A stretch of 64,000 nt of DNA from an uncultured Octadecabacter sp. (GCA_937891785.1 CALAGN010000030.1:4526-68525); one strand, 5' to 3'; positions 29,827-40,037 are shown, numbered from the stretch's first letter. The notes: generated by a model from the sequence alone, not told the origin. Translations and numbers: made by a program.

Positions 29827-31446
29827 ATGGCCAAGGATAAGAAACAGCCCCGCCCCAAGGCGATCACGCCCAAAGGCTTTCGTGACTATTTCGGGAGCGA
29901 AGTCGCGGCGCGCAACGCGATGCTGGAAAAGATCGCGGCTGTCTATCACCGCTACGGGTTTGATGCTTTAGAGACATCCGCCGTTGAGACGGTCGAGGCT
30001 TTGGGCAAATTTCTTCCTGATGTGGATCGCCCCAACGAAGGCGTGTTTGCATGGGAAGAAGACAGTGATTGGCTCGCTCTGCGCTATGATCTGACCGCCC
30101 CCTTGGCGCGCGTTTTTGCCCAGCACCGCAACGATCTACCGACCCCTTATCGCCGATATGCGATGGGTCCGGTTTGGCGCAATGAAAAGCCCGGACCAGG
30201 GCGGTTTCGCCAGTTCTATCAGTGCGATGCCGATACGGTAGGGTCCGGCAATGTGGCCGCCGACGCCGAGATTTGCGCGATGCTGGCCGATACGTTGGAA
30301 GCGGTTGGGATTGAACGCGGCGATTACGTGGTGCGGGTGAATAACCGTAAGGTGCTGAACGGCGTGCTTGAGGTCGCGGGTCTGTCCGGTGACGACAAAG
30401 AAACCGAACGCGGCATCGTGCTGCGTGCGATCGATAAGCTGGATCGGTTGGGCGTTGAAGGTGTGCGAGCACTGCTGGGCGAAGGACGCAAAGATGAGAG
30501 TGGCGACGTGACTAAAGGTGCTGGGCTGAGTGATGCTTCAATTCAGAGAATCATGCAGTTCGTTTCTGCTAACGAGATAATTCGACAACAGCTGGCCACG
30601 GAAGTCGCTGACAATTTGAAGAGCGATCCAACTCGTGCACTCACTGCCCAAATGATACGCAAATCGCGTGACACTGAGCTGGATGAATGGGGCTTCACAG
30701 AAAACGATCGTAAAGGTCTAAACCGAGTCACATTGGAGTATCTTCAAACAGTAGTAGAAGAGTCTGAGATCGGTCTGCAGGGCGTCCAGGAACTAGAAAC
30801 TATTGCTAAGTTACTTTATGCTCAGGGTTATGGTGCCGACCGTATCGTCATCGACCCTTCGGTCGTGCGTGGTCTCGGCTACTACACTGGTCCCGTTTAC
30901 GAGGCGGAACTTACCTTTGAAATCAAAGACGAAAAGGGCCGTCCGCGCCAGTTTGGGTCTGTTGCAGGTGGTGGCCGTTATGATGATCTGGTGAAACGCT
31001 TCACCGGCCAAGAAGTGCCTGCAACGGGTGTCAGCATCGGTGTGGATCGCTTGCTTGCCGCGCTAACCGCCAAAGGGCGCGTTGATGCGGCGCAGGCTGG
31101 TCCTGTTGTTGTTACGGTTATGGATAAGGACCGCATGGCCGACTATCAGGCGATGGTCGCCGAACTGCGCAATGCGGGCATTCGCGCCGAGGTCTATCTG
31201 GGCAACCCCAAGAATTTCGGCAACCAGATGAAATATGCCGACAAGCGCAACAGCCCGATTGCCGTGATCGAAGGTGGCGATGAAAAAGAGCGTGGCGTGG
31301 TGCAGCTGAAGGACCTGATCCTTGGCGCACAGATCGCGGAAAACGCGACCCTTGAGGAATGGCAAGAACGCACGAACCAATACGAGATCTTGCGCGATGA
31401 TTTGGTCGAAAAGGTCCGCGAAATCCTCGAAAGCCAAGCCAAGTGA
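29827..31446 (+). CDS. hisS: Histidine--tRNA ligase with an enlarged insertion domain
   Basis: [47 protein letters not shown]; 539 aa; start ATG 29827. Confidence 0.96.
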   Translation: MAKDKKQPRPKAITPKGFRDYFGSEVAARNAMLEKIAAVYHRYGFDALETSAVETVEALGKFLPDVDRPNEGVFAWEEDSDWLALRYDLTAPLARVFAQHRNDLPTPYRRYAMGPVWRNEKPGPGRFRQFYQCDADTVGSGNVAADAEICAMLADTLEAVGIERGDYVVRVNNRKVLNGVLEVAGLSGDDKETERGIVLRAIDKLDRLGVEGVRALLGEGRKDESGDVTKGAGLSDASIQRIMQFVSANEIIRQQLATEVADNLKSDPTRALTAQMIRKSRDTELDEWGFTENDRKGLNRVTLEYLQTVVEESEIGLQGVQELETIAKLLYAQGYGADRIVIDPSVVRGLGYYTGPVYEAELTFEIKDEKGRPRQFGSVAGGGRYDDLVKRFTGQEVPATGVSIGVDRLLAALTAKGRVDAAQAGPVVVTVMDKDRMADYQAMVAELRNAGIRAEVYLGNPKNFGNQMKYADKRNSPIAVIEGGDEKERGVVQLKDLILGAQIAENATLEEWQERTNQYEILRDDLVEKVREILESQAK

Positions 31447-32537
31447 GGGGCGCTGTCGCCAAATCCGCAGCACGGGCCGAAGCCGCGCGCCTGATGGCGC
31501 ATTTCGCGGATGCGGGCGCGGTGCCTGTGGAAACGGCGTTGCTTCAACCTGCCGAAACCTTGCTGGATTTGTATGGCGAAGACATCCGCGCGCGGGCTTA
31601 TGTGACGGCTGACCCATTGCGCGGTGAACAGATGTTGCGGCCCGATTTCACGGTGCCTGTCGTGCAAATGCACATGCAATCCATGGCCGAGCCTGCGCGC
31701 TATTCCTATGCAGGCGAGGTGTTTCGCAAGCAGGAAATGGACGAAACACGGCCCACTGAATACCTACAAGCGGGCTTTGAGGTATTCGCAGCCGATGATC
31801 CAGCCGATCGCGACGCCGAGGTGTTTTCAGTCATTACAAACGCCCTCGCGCCGCTGAAATTGCGTGCCGTAACGGGGGATATCGGCGTGCTTTTGGCCGC
31901 GGTGCAGGGTCTTGCCACAACGCAGGCACGCCGCGCAGCGCTCACGCGCCATTTGTGGCGGCCAGCACGGTTTCGCGCTTTGCTGGATCGTTTTGGGGGC
32001 CGCACCGAAGCGCCCGCCAGCCGCGCCGCCCTTCTTGCCGCAAGCGATCCCTTTGCCAAAGCGGGCGTTGAGGTCGGCTTGCGTAGCCATGCCGAGGTTG
32101 CCGCACGGATTCATACCCTGCGCACCGATGCAGCGACTCCGCCGATTTCGGATGAACAGCGTGCCCTTATTGATGCCATCTTATCGCTGCGTGAAACTGC
32201 GCCCAATGTCCTGATCGCCCTGCGCGATATTTCGGTCGATCTGCCCCATGTCGGGCCTGCGGTTGATCGGCTGTCTGCACGGCTTGATGCGCTGGACGCG
32301 CGCGGTGTCGATGTGGAAACCTTGGCATTCGAGGGCAGCTATGGCCGCACTTCGATGGAATACTATGATGGGTTCGTTTTTGGACTTTATGCTGATGATC
32401 GACCTGAACTGCCGCCCGTTGCCACGGGTGGGCGCTATGACGCGCTGACCCGCGTGTTGGGGCAAGGGCGCGGCGTGCCGGCGGTGGGCGGTGTGATCCG
32501 CCCCGAACTGGTCGTGCAATTGCGAGGTGGATCATGA
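31443..32537 (+). CDS. hisZ: ATP phosphoribosyltransferase regulatory subunit
   Basis: [38 protein letters not shown]; lies between hisS and a short hisG. Confidence 0.93.
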   Translation: MRGAVAKSAARAEAARLMAHFADAGAVPVETALLQPAETLLDLYGEDIRARAYVTADPLRGEQMLRPDFTVPVVQMHMQSMAEPARYSYAGEVFRKQEMDETRPTEYLQAGFEVFAADDPADRDAEVFSVITNALAPLKLRAVTGDIGVLLAAVQGLATTQARRAALTRHLWRPARFRALLDRFGGRTEAPASRAALLAASDPFAKAGVEVGLRSHAEVAARIHTLRTDAATPPISDEQRALIDAILSLRETAPNVLIALRDISVDLPHVGPAVDRLSARLDALDARGVDVETLAFEGSYGRTSMEYYDGFVFGLYADDRPELPPVATGGRYDALTRVLGQGRGVPAVGGVIRPELVVQLRGGS

Positions 32538-33226
32538 CAATAAAACTTGGCGTGCCCTCCAAGGGGCGATTGATGGACAAGACGTTCGCCTGGTTTGGCG
32601 CGCGCGGTGTGATCTTGCGCAAATCCGGAACCGAGCGTGAATATGCGGGCGTTGTCGATGGGGTCGACTGTGTTGAACTGGTGTTGTTGTCAGCGGGTGA
32701 AATCCCGCGCGAATTGGCGGCGGGGCGGATTCATCTGGGCGTTACAGGGTCCGATCTTGTGCGCGAAAAGCTTGCCAATTGGGACCAGCGGGTGCGTGAA
32801 CTCGCGCTGATGGGTTTTGGCGGGGCCGATCTGATTATCGCCGTGCCGCAGGCTTGGGTCGATGTGGATACGCTGGATGATCTGGATGCGGCCGCGGCGG
32901 CATTCCGGCGCACGCATGGCTTTCGGATGCGGATCGCCACGAAGTACCACCGGCTTGTGCAGGAATTTTTGCGCGAAAATGGCGTTGCTGATTATCAGCT
33001 AGTCGACAGCCAGGGCGCGACCGAGGGCACAGTGAAAAACGAAACCGCCGAGGCTGTGGCCGATATCACCTCGACGGGCGAAACCCTGCGCGCGAATTTC
33101 CTTAAGGTGCTGTCGGACGGGATGATTCATGCCAGTCAGGCGACCCTTTTCAAGTCGTTGACGGCAGAGTGGAGCGATGAGGATCGCACGACTTTGGCGC
33201 GCCTCAAGGTGATGCTCGACCTCTAG
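32534..33226 (+). CDS. hisG: ATP phosphoribosyltransferase, short form
   Basis: GVPSKGRL, LGVTGSDL, RIATKY, GATE, DITSTGETLRAN. Confidence 0.95.
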   Translation: MTIKLGVPSKGRLMDKTFAWFGARGVILRKSGTEREYAGVVDGVDCVELVLLSAGEIPRELAAGRIHLGVTGSDLVREKLANWDQRVRELALMGFGGADLIIAVPQAWVDVDTLDDLDAAAAAFRRTHGFRMRIATKYHRLVQEFLRENGVADYQLVDSQGATEGTVKNETAEAVADITSTGETLRANFLKVLSDGMIHASQATLFKSLTAEWSDEDRTTLARLKVMLDL

Positions 33227-33654
33227 AAAACCCCGATTTCAGCCAAAGCTGCGGACAGTTCGGACGGAAGCGTTTCCTCGCCCTTGCGCGCCTTCGTAAG
33301 GTCGCTGGGCGCATCCGTGTCTTTCAAATATCGCCACCCTTGAAAAGGGCGTTTGATCGTCGGCGTAACGGGCACCAATTCAGGGTTCAGCACGATTGCA
33401 CAGCGCCGAATCCCATCGCCGCCGATCACTTCGTCAAAGCGCAGGATATGCTGGCGGCAAAGAATCTCGCCCTTGACCACCCAGTAGATACTGCCGCCGC
33501 CAATAATTTCGTCAGCGCGTTTGGGCCACATGCGGGTGATGTGGCGGGGAAGACCATCTGCGGTTTGCGCGCGCGGGGTCGCTTGCCATGCGGCAAGATC
33601 GGCGATCCCTTCGGTGCCGACGGATAATTTTTGCATATGTAGTGTGTTTTTCAA
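33223..33654 (-). CDS. DUF1489-family protein
   Basis: KLSVG, TRMWPKR, GGSIYWV, RPFQGWRYL, LPSEL..AL..IG. Confidence 0.8.
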   Translation of the reverse strand: MKNTLHMQKLSVGTEGIADLAAWQATPRAQTADGLPRHITRMWPKRADEIIGGGSIYWVVKGEILCRQHILRFDEVIGGDGIRRCAIVLNPELVPVTPTIKRPFQGWRYLKDTDAPSDLTKARKGEETLPSELSAALAEIGVF

Positions 33655-33738
33655 ATGCTCCCCCTAGATGTGGTATGCTAATCGTTCGATAATGATTCTT
33701 CTATGCCGTGTTTCAGTTCGCTTGCGCCCCGTTTCAAA

Positions 33739-33767
33739 TTGACCGGACCTGTGGCGCACCCTAGAAC
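33739..33767 (+). promoter_or_regulatory. sigma70-type promoter of nrdJ
   Basis: TTGACC-N17-TAGAAC upstream of AAGGAT and ATG 33802. Confidence 0.55.
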
Positions 33768-33801
33768 GCTATGTCTGCACCTGCCGCCAAAGGATACCGC
33801 C

Positions 33802-36072
33802 ATGACCCGTTTCACCGCGCCCATCGCTGAACAAATCTGGGATATGAAGTATCGCTTTAAGGCGGCTGATGGCACCCCGATTGATGCAACGGTCGAGGAT
33901 TCGTGGCGCCGGATTGCGCGCGCACTGGCATCCGTTGAAAAAAGCCCAGCCAAGTGGGAAGACAAGTTCTACGCCGCGTTGGAAGATTTTAAATACCTAC
34001 CTGCAGGTCGCATTACTGCGGGCGCTGGCACGCAGCGCTCTGTAACCCTGTTCAACTGCTTTGTCATGGGCACGATCCCCGACAGCATGGGCGGCATTTT
34101 CGATATGCTGCGCGAGGCGGCTTTGACGATGCAGCAAGGTGGCGGTATCGGTTATGACTTCAGCACGATCCGCCCCAAAGGTGCGGCGGTGCATGGCGTC
34201 GCCGCTGATGCGTCTGGACCGTTGTCGTTCATGGATGTTTGGGACGCGATGTGTCGCACGATCATGTCTGCGGGATCGCGCCGTGGTGCGATGATGGCAA
34301 CAATGCGCTGCGACCATCCTGACATCGAGGATTTCATCACCGCCAAGGCCGACCCTGCGCGCCTGCGCATGTTCAATATGTCCGTTCTGATTACCGATCC
34401 GTTCATGGACGCCGTCAAATCTGATGGGCCGTGGGAATTGGTGCACGATGGTCGCGTGATGAAGACGTTGAACGCGCGTGATCTGTGGAACCAGATCATG
34501 AAGTCGACCTATGATTTTGCCGAGCCCGGGGTGATTTTCATCGACCGGATCAATGCGATGAATAACCTGAATTACTGCGAAACGATTGCGGCGACGAACC
34601 CCTGCGGTGAGCAGCCTTTGCCGCCTTATGGTGCGTGTTTGCTGGGGTCGATTAACATGGCGCGGCTGGTCACGGGTGCGTTCGAGGACGGCGCAGTGCT
34701 GGATGTTGCTGCGCTGTCGGACCTTGTCGCGACTGCCGTGCGGATGATGGATAACGTCGTTGATGCATCGGGTTTCCCGCTCGAGGCGCAGGCGCAAGAG
34801 GCCGCAGCGAAACGCCGGATTGGTTTGGGTGTTACGGGGCTGGCTGATGCATTGTTGATGGTCGGCCTGCGCTATGGATCGGAAGATGCGGCGCGTCAGA
34901 CCGAAGATTGGATGCACGCGATCGCGCGCGCCGCATATCTAGCGTCGGTGGATTTGGCCAAAGAGAAGGGCGCGTTCCCGCTGTTTGATGCCGACAAGTA
35001 TCTAGCGACCGGCCATATGCAGCAGATGGACGATGATGTGCGTGATGCCATCCGTGAACATGGCATCCGAAACGCCCTGCTGACCAGTATCGCACCCACG
35101 GGCACGATCAGCCTTTATGCGGGGAATGTTTCCAGCGGGATCGAACCAGTTTTTGCCTATGCTTATAGCCGCAAAGTGCTGCAAAAGGACGGGTCGCGCA
35201 CCGAGGAAGAAGTGGTGGATTATGCCGTGCAGATGTGGCGTGACCTAAAGGGTGATGCCGACCTGCCCGACTATTTCGTCAACGCCCAGACCTTAGCGCC
35301 ACTGGATCACGTCCGTATGCAGGCGGCTGCTCAGAAATGGATTGATTCCAGTATTTCCAAGACGATTAACTGCCCCGAAGACATTGATTTCGAGGATTTC
35401 AAAGAGGTCTATATGGCCGCATGGGATCAGGGCTGTAAGGGCTGCACGACCTACCGGCCCAACGATGTCACAGGGTCGGTGTTGAGTGTGAGTGAGGGCA
35501 AGGCCGAGCCCGAAGTCATCACCGACACCAACGCCGGTGACGTCATTTACATGTCTGAACCGCTGGACCGCCCGACCGAATTGGAAGGCGCGACTTATAA
35601 ACTCAGGTGGCCTGACAGCGAACATGCGATCTATATCACGATCAACGATCTTGTTGTCGCGGGCCATCGCCGCCCGTTCGAAGTTTTCATCAACTCCAAG
35701 AATATGGAGCATTTCGCCTGGACCGTGGCGCTGACGCGGATGATTTCGGCGGTATTCCGGCGCGGTGGTGACGTGTCGTTCGTGGTCGAAGAACTGAAGG
35801 CTGTGTTCGATCCGCGCGGCGGTGCTTGGATGAAAGGGAAATACGTGCCCAGCATCCTCGCGGCCATCGGTGGTGTGATCGAAAAGCACATGGTTGCGAC
35901 GGGTTTCCTTGCAGGCGAAGGCATGGGCCTTAAGGCTGATCCGCACGCCGATGTGGTTTCGTTGGGTGCGCGGCCCAAGGGCAAAACGTGCAGCAGTTGT
36001 GGATCATATGAACTGCGCATGGTCGAGGGCTGCATGACCTGCGGTGATTGCGGCTATTCCAAATGCGGCTAG
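33802..36072 (+). CDS. nrdJ: Adenosylcobalamin-dependent (class II) ribonucleotide reductase
   Basis: LFNCFV, RRGAMM, TNPCGEQPL, SIAPTGTIS, KGCTTYR, C-terminal domain with CSSC..CMTCGDC; start ATG 33802. Confidence 0.95.
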   Translation: MTRFTAPIAEQIWDMKYRFKAADGTPIDATVEDSWRRIARALASVEKSPAKWEDKFYAALEDFKYLPAGRITAGAGTQRSVTLFNCFVMGTIPDSMGGIFDMLREAALTMQQGGGIGYDFSTIRPKGAAVHGVAADASGPLSFMDVWDAMCRTIMSAGSRRGAMMATMRCDHPDIEDFITAKADPARLRMFNMSVLITDPFMDAVKSDGPWELVHDGRVMKTLNARDLWNQIMKSTYDFAEPGVIFIDRINAMNNLNYCETIAATNPCGEQPLPPYGACLLGSINMARLVTGAFEDGAVLDVAALSDLVATAVRMMDNVVDASGFPLEAQAQEAAAKRRIGLGVTGLADALLMVGLRYGSEDAARQTEDWMHAIARAAYLASVDLAKEKGAFPLFDADKYLATGHMQQMDDDVRDAIREHGIRNALLTSIAPTGTISLYAGNVSSGIEPVFAYAYSRKVLQKDGSRTEEEVVDYAVQMWRDLKGDADLPDYFVNAQTLAPLDHVRMQAAAQKWIDSSISKTINCPEDIDFEDFKEVYMAAWDQGCKGCTTYRPNDVTGSVLSVSEGKAEPEVITDTNAGDVIYMSEPLDRPTELEGATYKLRWPDSEHAIYITINDLVVAGHRRPFEVFINSKNMEHFAWTVALTRMISAVFRRGGDVSFVVEELKAVFDPRGGAWMKGKYVPSILAAIGGVIEKHMVATGFLAGEGMGLKADPHADVVSLGARPKGKTCSSCGSYELRMVEGCMTCGDCGYSKCG

Positions 36073-36494
36073 GCGCGCCGCCGCTGTGCCAACCACATAC
36101 CGGCAATTATCATTGCGACACCCGCGCCGCGCATCCAAGTAGTGCCGGCAATGCCGTTTGCGGCGTCAAGGACAACGCCTGACACCATCTGCCCGGCGAT
36201 GATCATAAGCGCGGTGTTCACAGCGCCGATCCGCGTGATCAACCAACTGCTTGCCGCGATAAAAATCACACCGATTGTGCCGCTGATATAGGCGAGCAAT
36301 GGCGGGTCGGGCGGGCCGTCGGCTGGCCACAGCCCGCCAAAGATCAGCGCTATGACGGTGAGAATACCAAAGCCGACGATGTGATTCCAAAACGACGAGG
36401 CCATAGGCGACGTGGCGAGCGACAAACGCCCGTTGATTTGGCGGCTTAGGCTGACAAGCACGCCAGCAAGCAGGGCGAGGGCGATCATGCTCAT
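36069..36494 (-). CDS. DMT-superfamily small transporter (YdcZ/DUF606 type)
   Basis: INGRLS, ASSFWNHIVG, YISGTIGV, IAGQMVSGVVLD. Confidence 0.8.
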   Translation of the reverse strand: MSMIALALLAGVLVSLSRQINGRLSLATSPMASSFWNHIVGFGILTVIALIFGGLWPADGPPDPPLLAYISGTIGVIFIAASSWLITRIGAVNTALMIIAGQMVSGVVLDAANGIAGTTWMRGAGVAMIIAGMWLAQRRRA

Positions 36495-36958
36495 GCGACT
36501 GACCCCGAATAGATGACCAGCAGGCTGCCGCTGCAGATCAGGCCAAGGGCTGCAATGTCATGCAGCGTCGGTCGGCGGCGCTGCAAGCCGAACAGGCCGA
36601 ACCGGTCAGCCACAAGTCCGAACCCGATTTGCCCGAGCAACCCAAGCGCCAAGGTGCCTGAAAGTGCCAAAGCCGTGTTCACGGTCACTGATGTCAGGAT
36701 CACCGTCAGCGCCCCCGATGCGCCGCCTAGAAAAGACCATGCAGGCGCCGCTCCGATGAGTGGCGTGCGTTTGCGCCGCCCGAGGATCAGCAGGAACACC
36801 AACGCCGCAATCGTGCCGGTGCCATGCGCCGCCCATGATGCGAACATCGCCGTGCCATGCGCTGCCAACTGACCGTTGAACAAGACCATCAAGGTCAGCA
36901 GGCCACCCGTGCCAAAGGCGATTAGAAAAGTGAAAATGGAAGGCTGTGTGGGTGTCAT
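36491..36958 (-). CDS. DMT-superfamily small transporter (YdcZ/DUF606 type), partner of the adjacent gene
   Basis: FNGQLA, ASWAAHGTG, WSFLGG, LGQIGFGLVADRFGLFG. Confidence 0.8.
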   Translation of the reverse strand: MTPTQPSIFTFLIAFGTGGLLTLMVLFNGQLAAHGTAMFASWAAHGTGTIAALVFLLILGRRKRTPLIGAAPAWSFLGGASGALTVILTSVTVNTALALSGTLALGLLGQIGFGLVADRFGLFGLQRRRPTLHDIAALGLICSGSLLVIYSGSVA

Positions 36959-37108
36959 TGTGCTTCAATGGCGTAAAAACGGCGGCGGGAAAACGTTGAT
37001 CTGTGTCTTTGGCGCAATAGCTTGGCCGAATTTGCCAAAAGTCTTAGCCACATCAGCCACTTTGATCCTATAAGCGTCGTGCTGGGGGGCACAAATTCGG
37101 GAATAACC

Positions 37109-38008
37109 ATGCGCAACCTTTCAGTTTCTCTTTTGATGTTTGCCGTCACGGCGACTGTTCCTGCTTACGGCGAAGGGCGCGAAGTCCTGGGCTATGGCCG
37201 TCTTTTCAACAACGACCACTTTGGTGACAACGAAGATCGCTGGCGGACCGGTGGCTATGTGATTAGCCAAGTGCGCGGTGCTGGCTGGGATGGTTCGCGC
37301 CCTGCAAGCGCAGGTGCATTGATGGAATATCGCCTCCGCACGGAAATCATCGCGCCATCACCGGGCATGGCAGACCGGCCCTATTCCGGCGTTTTGTCGT
37401 TTGGGGCGCATTCGCACTATACCGCCAGCAGTGTTGATGTATCGGTCGGTGCCGATATCGTTGCGATTGGGCCGGGCACGGGTGTGTCTGATTTTCAGGA
37501 ATGGTTCCACGGTGCCGCTAGTCTCCCGAGCCCCACAGGCATCGACACGCAGCTTGGCGATTCGGTTCATTTTGGCGCCACCGTCGAGATGTCGCGCAGT
37601 TACCAGATGTCTGAGGCCGTGATATTCCGGCCCTTCATAGAGGCCCAGGCGGGTGTCGAAGGGATTATCCGCGTTGGTGCCGATGTGATGATCGGGCGCG
37701 CGGGGCAACGCGATATGTTGCTGCGCGATGTGGTCACTGGTCAGCTTTATCGTGGTATTGAAGGCGACGATTCAGGCCTGAACTTTTTGATTGGTGCGGA
37801 CTATGCACTGGTTGGTGATAGCGCCTATCTGCCCGCCGATATGGGATATGCGGCCACGGATGATCGCACCCGTCTACGTGCCGGTGTTCATTGGCAGATG
37901 TTTGAGGGTACATCGTTCTTTTATGGCATGACCTATCTGAGCGAAGAATTCGTCGGACAAACCGAGGGCCAGTTGCTTGGCTCACTGAAGCTAAATTTCA
38001 ACTTTTGA
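37109..38008 (+). CDS. LpxR/DUF2219-family outer-membrane beta-barrel protein (lipid A deacylase-like)
   Basis: Signal peptide; FNNDHFGDNEDRWRTGG, DRPYSGVLSFG, SEEF, terminal LNFNF; start ATG 37109. Confidence 0.72.
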   Translation: MRNLSVSLLMFAVTATVPAYGEGREVLGYGRLFNNDHFGDNEDRWRTGGYVISQVRGAGWDGSRPASAGALMEYRLRTEIIAPSPGMADRPYSGVLSFGAHSHYTASSVDVSVGADIVAIGPGTGVSDFQEWFHGAASLPSPTGIDTQLGDSVHFGATVEMSRSYQMSEAVIFRPFIEAQAGVEGIIRVGADVMIGRAGQRDMLLRDVVTGQLYRGIEGDDSGLNFLIGADYALVGDSAYLPADMGYAATDDRTRLRAGVHWQMFEGTSFFYGMTYLSEEFVGQTEGQLLGSLKLNFNF

Positions 38009-38122
38009 TTAAATAGTTAGCGGACGTTCCTAAAGTGACTTGATCCGTTCGAATCACCCCTGTTATGAGTGCCTCATAAGTCGCGCAAAGACGCGGCATG
38101 ACGATATGAGGCAAGGGCAGGC

Positions 38123-39187
38123 ATGAAAACGGGCTTTCGAGGCACGTTCGTCATCTCCTGGTCGCAAACGGAACTGGACGGGCTTTGGTCCGCCCCACTG
38201 GATGCGTTTTGCGTGGGCACCGCATGGTCTTGGACCGGCGAGGCGGTGCGCGTGGACGGACCAAGTGAGATTCTTCCGCTCGGCGATGCAGTTGGAGAGG
38301 CGAACCTACGTAAACGCGCGGCGCATTCGGTACGCCGACTGCTACGGGCGGTCGAAGCGGATACAACGCGACTGGATCAAATAGCGGTTCCTGAAGGGAT
38401 GCACGAGACAGGTTTTACCGTCACGGACGGGCGCGATACTTGGACCGTGACGATCATTGAGGGGCGAAGCGGTTCAGCACGGTTGCTTATGTTCGTTGGG
38501 GAAATCCCGCCGCGCCACACAGATCTTTGGGTTGTCAGTCACAATGTTGATCTGGACATGCGTGATCAGACCGCAGACCGGTCCGGTGGCGTCATCTGTT
38601 TTACACCGGGCACAATGATCCGCACTGCGGATGGGGCAACGCGCGTCGAGGAAATCGGTGAGGGCGACCTTGTTCAGACCAAGGATAACGGCTGCCAAGA
38701 AGTGCTTTGGATCGGAAGCCGACGCGTGACTGGCGCGCGCCTTCATGCAATGCCGCATTTGACGCCAGTGCGTCTGCGCGCAGGATCGCTTGACCAAGAC
38801 GTTCCCGACGAGGGCCTTCTGGTATCGCCCGATCACCGGATTATATTGCGCGGCGCGCGCGCGCGCGACCTGTTCAACGCCGACGAAGTTCTGGTGACTG
38901 CGCGTGACCTGATCAACGATCATAATATCCTTGTTGATCACGCGGTACGCGAAGTCACCTATATCCATATGCTATTGCCGAGCCATCAGGTGGTTTTCGC
39001 TAATAGTGTCGAAACCGAGAGCTTTCACCCTGCAAGTGCTAGTCTGGAAACGATGGACCCTGATCAGCGCGCACGGTTGTTCGCGCAAGTTTCTACGATC
39101 GAAGCCGACCCGCATGCCTACGGCGCCTACGCCCGTCGTGTTTTGTCGGGCAGCGAAGCGGCGATCCTGCGCCACGGAACGGCCTGA
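38123..39187 (+). CDS. Hint-domain (Hint_2, intein-like) protein
   Basis: VICFTPGT with Cys at residue 159, GDLVQTKDNG, LLVSPDHR, YIHMLL..HQVVFANSVETESF. Confidence 0.88.
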   Translation: MKTGFRGTFVISWSQTELDGLWSAPLDAFCVGTAWSWTGEAVRVDGPSEILPLGDAVGEANLRKRAAHSVRRLLRAVEADTTRLDQIAVPEGMHETGFTVTDGRDTWTVTIIEGRSGSARLLMFVGEIPPRHTDLWVVSHNVDLDMRDQTADRSGGVICFTPGTMIRTADGATRVEEIGEGDLVQTKDNGCQEVLWIGSRRVTGARLHAMPHLTPVRLRAGSLDQDVPDEGLLVSPDHRIILRGARARDLFNADEVLVTARDLINDHNILVDHAVREVTYIHMLLPSHQVVFANSVETESFHPASASLETMDPDQRARLFAQVSTIEADPHAYGAYARRVLSGSEAAILRHGTA

Positions 39188-39189
39188 GC

Positions 39190-39903
39190 TTGGTGCAGCT
39201 TGGTGGCTTTCTAAAGGGCCATTGGCAACTGATTGTGTTGACTGGGTTGATTTACGCTTTGTGGAATACAGACGTTATCTGGCCATTGCGCGTGCTTGTC
39301 GTTCTGTTTCACGAGCTTTCCCATGCGGGAATGGCGCTTTTGACAGGTGGCGAGGTGGTCGAGATTACCTTTCACAAGAATGAAGGTGGCACGGCTTGGA
39401 CCCGCGGGGGCAACGGGTTCTGGATTTCAACCGCCGGTTATCTGGGGTCGCTAGTCATCGGCGCAGCGCTGTTGCTTGCAGCGGTATTGACGACAGCAGA
39501 TCGGGTTGTTGCCGCGTTGATTGGCATAGTGATGATCCTTGCTGGTGTGTTCTATATCCGCGACATGTTTGCGCTGGTTTTCACGGCAATCGTGGGTGGC
39601 GGGCTTGTCGCGGTTGCCTGGTGGTTACAGGCTCAGGCATCTGATTTGATCCTGCGGGTGATCGGGCTTGCCAGCATGCTGTATGTGCCGTGGGATATTG
39701 TCGTTGATACCATCATACCGCGCCAACGCATGGGGAGTTTCAGCAGCGATGCCGCCGCGATTGCAGGGCGGATTGGGGCCACCGAAGGTATCGTTGGGAC
39801 GGTCTGGTTCGTTATCAGTTTGATAGTGGTATTTGCGACCTTACGGGTTGCGCTACGACGCCCTAGCAACATCAGTTTTCGGACCCCAACAGATAGCCGT
39901 TGA
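39190..39903 (+). CDS. M50B-like intramembrane metallopeptidase
   Basis: HELSH, TGGEV, AGYLGS, SDA motif; multiple TM segments; start codon uncertain (TTG/GTG). Confidence 0.82.
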   Translation: MVQLGGFLKGHWQLIVLTGLIYALWNTDVIWPLRVLVVLFHELSHAGMALLTGGEVVEITFHKNEGGTAWTRGGNGFWISTAGYLGSLVIGAALLLAAVLTTADRVVAALIGIVMILAGVFYIRDMFALVFTAIVGGGLVAVAWWLQAQASDLILRVIGLASMLYVPWDIVVDTIIPRQRMGSFSSDAAAIAGRIGATEGIVGTVWFVISLIVVFATLRVALRRPSNISFRTPTDSR

Positions 39904-40037
39904 CTCCGAAGCCGACGCTAATATAAGCGCGACTTCTATTGGTGTTGGTGGCCCCTGCAAGGGGATGCCTGTCGAAGCTTCTGCTTAGAGGACAACGCCC
40001 TTCACGCCCGCAAGGGCCCAAACGAAGGAGATCAGCC
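39900..40037 (+). promoter_or_regulatory. rpsD promoter and structured 5' leader
   Basis: TTGACT-N16-TATAAG; GGTGTTG/CAACGCC helix and two GCAA-containing hairpins; GAAGGAG RBS. Confidence 0.55.

Noticed and set aside
33655-33801. Possible cobalamin riboswitch ahead of B12-dependent nrdJ
   Set aside because: The promoter lies about 35 nt from the start, leaving no room, and no B12-box is present.
36955-37149. 64-aa and 65-aa ORFs between the DMT pair and the LpxR-like gene
   Set aside because: They overlap real gene starts and a divergent promoter region, with no coding signature.
38030-38065. GTTCGAATC resembling a tRNA T-loop
   Set aside because: No T-stem pairing, acceptor stem, anticodon arm or CCA; probably part of the Hint-gene promoter.
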